Shown piece after piece: positions 58,887 through 64,000 of a DNA stretch of 64,000 nucleotides (position 1 is its first letter; every line of letters starts with the position of its first letter). The DNA comes from an uncultured Porphyromonadaceae bacterium. GTDB taxonomy: Bacteria > Bacteroidota > Bacteroidia > Bacteroidales > Muribaculaceae. The notes below the pieces were generated by a model. That model was not told the DNA's origin, ran no database searches, and was given only the letters and a program-made list of their open reading frames with translations. The DNA lies in the NCBI GenBank assembly GCA_900540625.1, contig UQGP01000004.1, positions 3,607 through 67,606 of the forward strand, written 5' to 3'. Both the position numbers and the translations under genes were made by a program.

Positions 58887-60458
58887 TTAGATTGAGTCTA
58901 TGAAGCGGACTACGGCATCGCGTTCCGATTTGGACAGCTTTCGGAAGTTTTCGACCGAGGTACGTGCATCCGAATTGGCGGCGCCGTGCCACATGATGGC
59001 TTCGAGGGTATTGCGAGCGCGGCAGTCGTGCAGGCGGTCACTGTGACCCGAGCATATAGCTGAGAGACCGCGGCCCCACAGCGGGGTGGTGCGGCACCAG
59101 CCGGTGCGGATATTATTAACCATTTCGAGGCGGTGTTGTACCATATCAGTGTACGGCCAAATCTTTTGCTTGGGATAGCGCGGCAGACGTGCATCCGCAT
59201 CTTTGAAGAAGCCGTTGGGGTCGGTGAACTTGTCTTCGCCTGTGGTCCAGGTAGGACGGTGGCAGGTGGCACAACCTATCTGTGTGAACAGTTCGCGTCC
59301 TTTCTTGACTTGCGGATCATCGAGGTCGCGCGCAGCCGGGACGGCCAAGCCGCGATGCCATATCATAAAATCCACATAATCGTCATCGGTCATCTCTGCC
59401 GGCAGTTCCTTGTTCATCAGATAATTGTAGATGTCATCGGAGACATTGCCCGTCTTGTTCCATTCGGGGAAGAAGGCGTAGAACTTGGATTGGACATCTG
59501 GGTCGGCTGCAGCTTTGCGCGCGTAAGCTGCCGTCATATAGTGGTATCGGCGGTCGTTGCGTGTGACGTTGGTAATGTTCCAAATAGCGTTGGCACCGGC
59601 GGCGTCTTGCAGCGGACCGCGGGATAGGGCGTAGGTGAAGCGCTTGGGGTGGGTTGTCTTGCCGTAAAGCGAGGTCCATTCGCCGTTCTTGAAGATGGCG
59701 GGGTTGATGCGTGCCCCGTATTTCTCTTCGAGGGCGTACTGGGCTTTTAGATCGTCGTCATCGATGGCGTCTAACAGCCCGGTGCCGTAGATGCCGATGG
59801 TGGACTCGAGGCGTACCACGAGGTCGGAGTAGGAGATAGGCTGATTGTTGACTTCCAGCGGCACGTAGAACGCGTCTTCGGGGATGGTAACTTCCGGGTA
59901 TATCAGCGAGTAGGTCTCGCCGTCGGGGAAGGTATTGTTCCATTCGTCGGTGTAGGGCAACCATTTGATTACGATTTTTTCTTCGTCCAATGGTGCTTTG
60001 AACGGTTCGACGGCTTTGGTCTGCGGCATACCGGTCAGTGATGACAGGTAATTGTCGTTGCGGTCGGTGAGTACAAGCAGGTATCCGTTGCCCCAGTCGT
60101 TGGCGCGGTAGCGCTCCATGCGTTTGCCGTGGCCGTATCCGGGGTGGCAGGACATACAGGACGAACGTACGTACAGCGGGCCGAGACCGTTGAAGGGCTT
60201 GGTGCTTTGGTTGTAGGTGCGTTCAAAGAACAATTCGCCGTATTTGAAGCGGTCGGCCATGCCGGCTTCTTCGACAGCCGGGGTGGGGTCGGAGAATGCT
60301 GTGGCCGAGGTGTTGAATGTTGTACCAAGACGCCCGCCGGCGTAGTATTCGTCGGCGAGGTCGTCTTTGGTATCGGGCTTTGGCGTGGGCTTGTCGTCGC
60401 TGCACGAGGCGGTGGCGAAGGCCATCAACGCTATCAATGCCGGATATACGTAGTTCAT
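58887..60458 (-). CDS. Di-heme cytochrome c lipoprotein (di-heme oxidoreductase / putative peroxidase family)
   Basis: It has a lipoprotein signal (LMAFATASCSDD) and exactly two CxxCH motifs (CMSCH, CATCH) in 523 aa. Its position beside the imelysin gene is typical for this family. Confidence 0.6.
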   Translation of the reverse strand: MNYVYPALIALMAFATASCSDDKPTPKPDTKDDLADEYYAGGRLGTTFNTSATAFSDPTPAVEEAGMADRFKYGELFFERTYNQSTKPFNGLGPLYVRSSCMSCHPGYGHGKRMERYRANDWGNGYLLVLTDRNDNYLSSLTGMPQTKAVEPFKAPLDEEKIVIKWLPYTDEWNNTFPDGETYSLIYPEVTIPEDAFYVPLEVNNQPISYSDLVVRLESTIGIYGTGLLDAIDDDDLKAQYALEEKYGARINPAIFKNGEWTSLYGKTTHPKRFTYALSRGPLQDAAGANAIWNITNVTRNDRRYHYMTAAYARKAAADPDVQSKFYAFFPEWNKTGNVSDDIYNYLMNKELPAEMTDDDYVDFMIWHRGLAVPAARDLDDPQVKKGRELFTQIGCATCHRPTWTTGEDKFTDPNGFFKDADARLPRYPKQKIWPYTDMVQHRLEMVNNIRTGWCRTTPLWGRGLSAICSGHSDRLHDCRARNTLEAIMWHGAANSDARTSVENFRKLSKSERDAVVRFIDSI

Positions 60459-60473
60459 ATCTCAGTGGTTAGG

Positions 60474-61625
60474 TTATTTGGCAAGTTGGGCTTTGACTTC
60501 GGTAAGTACATCTACAAGGTCGCTGCAAGCAGCCATGGCAGTTGCGGCGGAGGCATCGGTGTAGTTGCTTACGAAGGGTGCCTTCATCGCGGCAATCTTT
60601 TCTTCGGCATTGGCGATGGCGGCGACTACGCGTGCATCGAGTTCGGCGTTGACGCTCTTGATGTAGCTGTGCAGCGACTTGCTCGGGTCGCGGCGTCCTT
60701 CGATGCCGCCCATATAGGCGTTTTCGACACTAATCATATTGTCGTGGAAGTCGGTGATGGACTTGTGGCTGTAGGGCGACTCGATGTAGTTGACGTCCTC
60801 GCCGGTGTGGGGCTTGCCGATTTTCTGTGTGCCTACTTCATCTACGATGTCGATGGCGCCGTCTACGATGGCCTGCATGGCGTTGGTCCAGGAGCGGTAG
60901 GTGCTGCCGGCATTGCCTGAGTTGAGCATATTCTCGCCATAGGAGTACTCGCCGTTGGCCACGGTGTAGGCCCATTCGAGGTCGTCAAGTTTCTGGACAC
61001 GGTCGGCGGGCGCGTTGTCAGCCCCGGCCCAGGATACTTGCAGCTGGAAGGTCTTGTTGCGCAGATCCCCGGCTACGGCGATGGCATAGGTGAGTTCATT
61101 GTCGGGGATGGCGCTTGCGGCTTTGGGCTGGCCGTCGGCGAAGATGATGTACTCTATGCCGTGGAAGCCAAGGAGTTCCGGACCGAGGTGTGCACCGGCC
61201 CATTCGTCGCCGTCTTCGGCAGCCATAGATGCAATGTGGTCGGTGTTAGACATTTCGGCTACGAGCCCGGCGCGGTCCAGCGGCCACGAATCGATGTGCG
61301 GGTCGATGCCGAAGTCGGCGGCGGCGCCGAAGAGGAAGGCTTCGCTGCGTTCCCACCACTGACGAGCGGCCAGGAAGGTCTTGCAGGCTTTTTCGACATT
61401 GGCGTCGGTCTTGGCGGCTTGCAAGGCTGCGAGGTCGTTGACAAGTTGCTCGGCGTTGTCGGCCAGGTTCTTATACGTGATATTGACGGTGTTGTCGAGG
61501 TACTGCTGTGCGATGGCCTCGTATTTGGCGTCTTTGTCGTTTGTCGGATCGTTGGGCTCGTTGTTGTCGCTGCAAGAGCCGAAAAGCAGCGCGGTAGCAA
61601 GTACCGGGAGAATTTTTTTGTACAT
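60474..61625 (-). CDS. Imelysin-family lipoprotein (IrpA / peptidase-M75-like)
   Basis: It has a lipoprotein signal (LLFGSCSDNN) and imelysin motifs (ARQWWERSEAFLFGAAADFGIDPHIDSWP; GxHxxE-like GAHLGPELL). Confidence 0.7.
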   Translation of the reverse strand: MYKKILPVLATALLFGSCSDNNEPNDPTNDKDAKYEAIAQQYLDNTVNITYKNLADNAEQLVNDLAALQAAKTDANVEKACKTFLAARQWWERSEAFLFGAAADFGIDPHIDSWPLDRAGLVAEMSNTDHIASMAAEDGDEWAGAHLGPELLGFHGIEYIIFADGQPKAASAIPDNELTYAIAVAGDLRNKTFQLQVSWAGADNAPADRVQKLDDLEWAYTVANGEYSYGENMLNSGNAGSTYRSWTNAMQAIVDGAIDIVDEVGTQKIGKPHTGEDVNYIESPYSHKSITDFHDNMISVENAYMGGIEGRRDPSKSLHSYIKSVNAELDARVVAAIANAEEKIAAMKAPFVSNYTDASAATAMAACSDLVDVLTEVKAQLAK

Positions 61626-61675
61626 GAGTGTATAGTATTATATGTGTTTCGATGAATTTGTGTCTTGGTGAGGGT

Positions 61676-62986
61676 TTAGAGGAAGAAGCCGGAGTAGGCG
61701 ATGCCGATATTGACAGACGGCTCGTTGTTGTATCGGCTGTGCAGGAAGCGCTCGGAGAACTCGGCCTTGATGACTATCTGTTTCAGAGGGTAGTAGTTGA
61801 CGCCCAGGGCGATGCGATGGCGCTCGGTCCAGGTGTATGAAGGCAGGTTGGCTGTCGGGACGAATGCATCATAGTATTCGTAACGTCCGAACAGGTACAG
61901 GCGGCTGTCATTGGGGTGCTTGCCGGGGAATAGGCGCAGCAGGTCGTAGCCGAACTCTGTTCCGGCGGTCCAGGCGCCTTTGCCGACGTTGGTGCGCTTG
62001 TAGGGAGAGGTCTTGGATTGCTGACGGTTGTAGTCGCTGATGATTTCGGCATCGCCGAGGTATCCGTAGTCGGCATTGGCGCGCACAATCCATCCGCCGC
62101 CGGCGTAGTGTAGGCCGAAGGTGCCGATGGCCACTTCGCCTTTGACGTTCTTGTACTTGCCGTTGTCGGCCATCTGGGTGTTGTTGAAGCTGTGGCCGTA
62201 GTATCCGCTGAGGCTCAGACGCAGTCCGGGGATGCTGAAATTGTCGATACGGGCGGCTACGGCGTATTTATTGGCCGGGGAGAACTCGAAGGCGCTGGCG
62301 GCACCGCCGTTGATCCATCGGTCTTTGGAGAAATGCAGCGAGTTGAGCCCGGCCAGTCCCATAAGCTCGTAGCGCCATGCCCCGGCGCGGCCCCAGACCT
62401 CGATGCCGGTCTGGTGCCAAGTGCAGGGCAGGATCTCGTTCTCGCCCTCGGGGCGGTAGACGGTGAAGAACTCGGTGGGCAGGTGGTGGGCGTTGGTCTC
62501 GCCTACGGGGACCACCTGGTGGCCGGCGCGGATGTTGAACTGCGGACGGAAGGACTTCTGAATCCAGAATTGTTCGAGGGCGACCTCGCCGCCGCGTTCG
62601 ATTTCCTTTTCGTATTCGCCGACTTCCTCGTTTTCGATTTCGACGGCGCTCTCGGTGCCGCCGTGCTCAAATTCGATTTCGCTGCCCAGTGTCCATCCTC
62701 GTCCGAAGTCATAGCCGAGCATAACCACGACGTGCGGGATGTCGAAACGTCCGTGCGAGGGCGCGTTGCGGTAGTCGGCGGCGTGGCTGTAGCGGTTGAC
62801 ATTGTCGCTGTAGAAATTGCGGCTGTAGGCCACTTCGCCATATCCGCCGACGCTCAGTCGCGACAGGAAGGGGCGCTTGGCTGTCTTGACGCTGTCCGTA
62901 GCGTTGTCTGCTGCCGCGCAGGCGCAGCTCGTACCTATGGCCAGGCAGACAGCAACGGCGGACAGCCGTGTGATGAGTTTTTCCAT
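61676..62986 (-). CDS. Outer-membrane beta-barrel (porin-like) protein
   Basis: The 436-aa ORF has a signal peptide, alternating amphipathic beta-strand patterns, and C-terminal aromatic residues (GIAYSGFFL). Confidence 0.45.
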   Translation of the reverse strand: MEKLITRLSAVAVCLAIGTSCACAAADNATDSVKTAKRPFLSRLSVGGYGEVAYSRNFYSDNVNRYSHAADYRNAPSHGRFDIPHVVVMLGYDFGRGWTLGSEIEFEHGGTESAVEIENEEVGEYEKEIERGGEVALEQFWIQKSFRPQFNIRAGHQVVPVGETNAHHLPTEFFTVYRPEGENEILPCTWHQTGIEVWGRAGAWRYELMGLAGLNSLHFSKDRWINGGAASAFEFSPANKYAVAARIDNFSIPGLRLSLSGYYGHSFNNTQMADNGKYKNVKGEVAIGTFGLHYAGGGWIVRANADYGYLGDAEIISDYNRQQSKTSPYKRTNVGKGAWTAGTEFGYDLLRLFPGKHPNDSRLYLFGRYEYYDAFVPTANLPSYTWTERHRIALGVNYYPLKQIVIKAEFSERFLHSRYNNEPSVNIGIAYSGFFL

Positions 62987-63161
62987 TGAATTGTCCTATT
63001 GTGTGTTAGTATAGTATCTCCGCGCTATTATCCCCTCATCGGGCGCGTCGGATTTCGTCTTTATTTTTCGTATGCAAAATTAGTCCTACGCCACCTGCAC
63101 GGCAATACCCAAAAATTGGACAAATGTTAGTCGAGTTACTCGCCGGCATATCCTAAAAGTA

Positions 63162-63169
63162 GGGGGGGG
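63162..63169. repeat. Homopolymeric G8 tract in the promoter region of the porin/imelysin operon
   Basis: aaagtaGGGGGGGGcgcc lies about 176 bp upstream of the porin ATG (on the minus strand). A minus-strand TAATTTTG box is at 63072-63079. Confidence 0.6.
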
Positions 63170-63636
63170 CGCCGAGGCATCATAGACAGCAAAAATATTG
63201 TTCTATTAGGTATATGAACTTTTTTTTAAGATATGCTGGGCTGGCGGTGGCTAATCCGATAGAAATTCGTAAATTTGCAATCGAACCTCTAAGCATATAG
63301 CCGTTAAGAGTAACGGTGCCGCTGAGGACTTAAATATGAAAGCGTTTATTGGCGCTTGTTCTTTGCTGTTAGGAATCTCGCAAATTCGAACACAGTAGTC
63401 GAAGAACCTGCAACGATAGACGCCACGGGTATGTATATACCTAATCAATCCATTTTGAGCAAACGCTTGAGATGAGTTTGGGTATTTGCATAATAAGCGT
63501 GGAGTCTTCGTTGCCTATTCTGACTACTTGGCAATGCGAGAGCCACTAACAGCGGAATGGGCAACAATATAGGCTCCCGCTTTTCTTGTTATACATCATT
63601 GTCATTTGGAGCTTGTGGCATGAAAAATGAAGTCCT

Positions 63637-64000
63637 ATGGCAAACGAAGACCTTCGAACAGCACAAGCCGGGAAGAATGATGAGTTTTACACTCAGTATC
63701 ATGATATTGAGGTGGAGATGAACGCGTATCTCGAGTATAATCCTGATGTGTTCAGGAATAAAACGGTGCTATTGCCTTGCGATGACCCCGAATGGAGCAA
63801 TTTTACAAAATACTTTGCGGCCAAATTTGATGCTCTCGGCTTAAAGAAACTGATTTCGACGAGCTATGCCCCCGAAAGTAAGAAAATGATTTTGGGCGGC
63901 TTGTTCTCTGATTACGAACAATCATCGCCGCAGTTCAACGCCGACAAATCCAAGACACACGGCAAGATTTTCATTCTTGACAGTGATATTACAGGCGACG
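63637..64000 (+). CDS. Adenine-specific DNA methyltransferase, EcoRI-methylase family; N-terminal fragment that continues beyond the window
   Basis: Hand translation from the ATG at 63637 gives MANEDLRTAQAGKNDEFYTQYHDIEVEMNAYLEYNPDVFRNKTVLLPCDDPEWSNFTKYFAAKFDALGLKKLISTSY. From memory this matches the M.EcoRI N-terminus (DEFYTQY.DIE.EL...KVVYCNCDDP..SNFFKYF...LGLKK). It is AT-rich, about 43% GC. Confidence 0.6.
   Translation, partial: MANEDLRTAQAGKNDEFYTQYHDIEVEMNAYLEYNPDVFRNKTVLLPCDDPEWSNFTKYFAAKFDALGLKKLISTSYAPESKKMILGGLFSDYEQSSPQFNADKSKTHGKIFILDSDITGD

Noticed and set aside
58887-60458. Initially read as pentaheme nitrite reductase NrfA because it follows ccsBA
   Set aside because: Only two CxxCH motifs are present in 523 aa and there is no CxxCK motif. 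It fits the di-heme oxidoreductase family that pairs with imelysin, not NrfA.

Overview
This window looks like a Bacteroidales chromosome segment with about 55% GC, a 'TAnnTTTG' -7 promoter box upstream of several genes, and four type IX secretion system (T9SS) C-terminal-domain cargo proteins. Most genes are core housekeeping, including secA, serC-serA, kdsA-rsmE, mnmA, ribE, argD, pepP, surE, mltG and rpsU-xerC-hpf. There are three tRNAs: an initiator-like tRNA-Met(CAT), tRNA-Ser(CGA) and tRNA-Cys(GCA). Several small accessory islets interrupt the core. The left edge has an IS1182-family transposase running off the window, a tandem array of a roughly 100-bp structured repeat, and an AT-rich hipBA toxin-antitoxin cassette. 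Next comes an ECF sigma factor with an atypical four-helix membrane partner, followed by a leucine-rich-repeat T9SS cargo and a cleaved-adhesin-like (MAM-like) T9SS cargo. Between serA and tRNA-Ser sits an AT-rich small secreted protein, with a fourth copy of the repeat just beyond the tRNA. Two further T9SS cargos flank argD. An imelysin / di-heme cytochrome c / ccsBA / porin operon lies convergent with a hemerythrin-LuxR regulator. The right edge is an AT-rich junction with a poly-G tract and a partial EcoRI-methylase-family adenine methyltransferase. I see no CRISPR array, no rRNA and no clear riboswitch. All functional assignments are from reading translated motifs by eye, with no database search.
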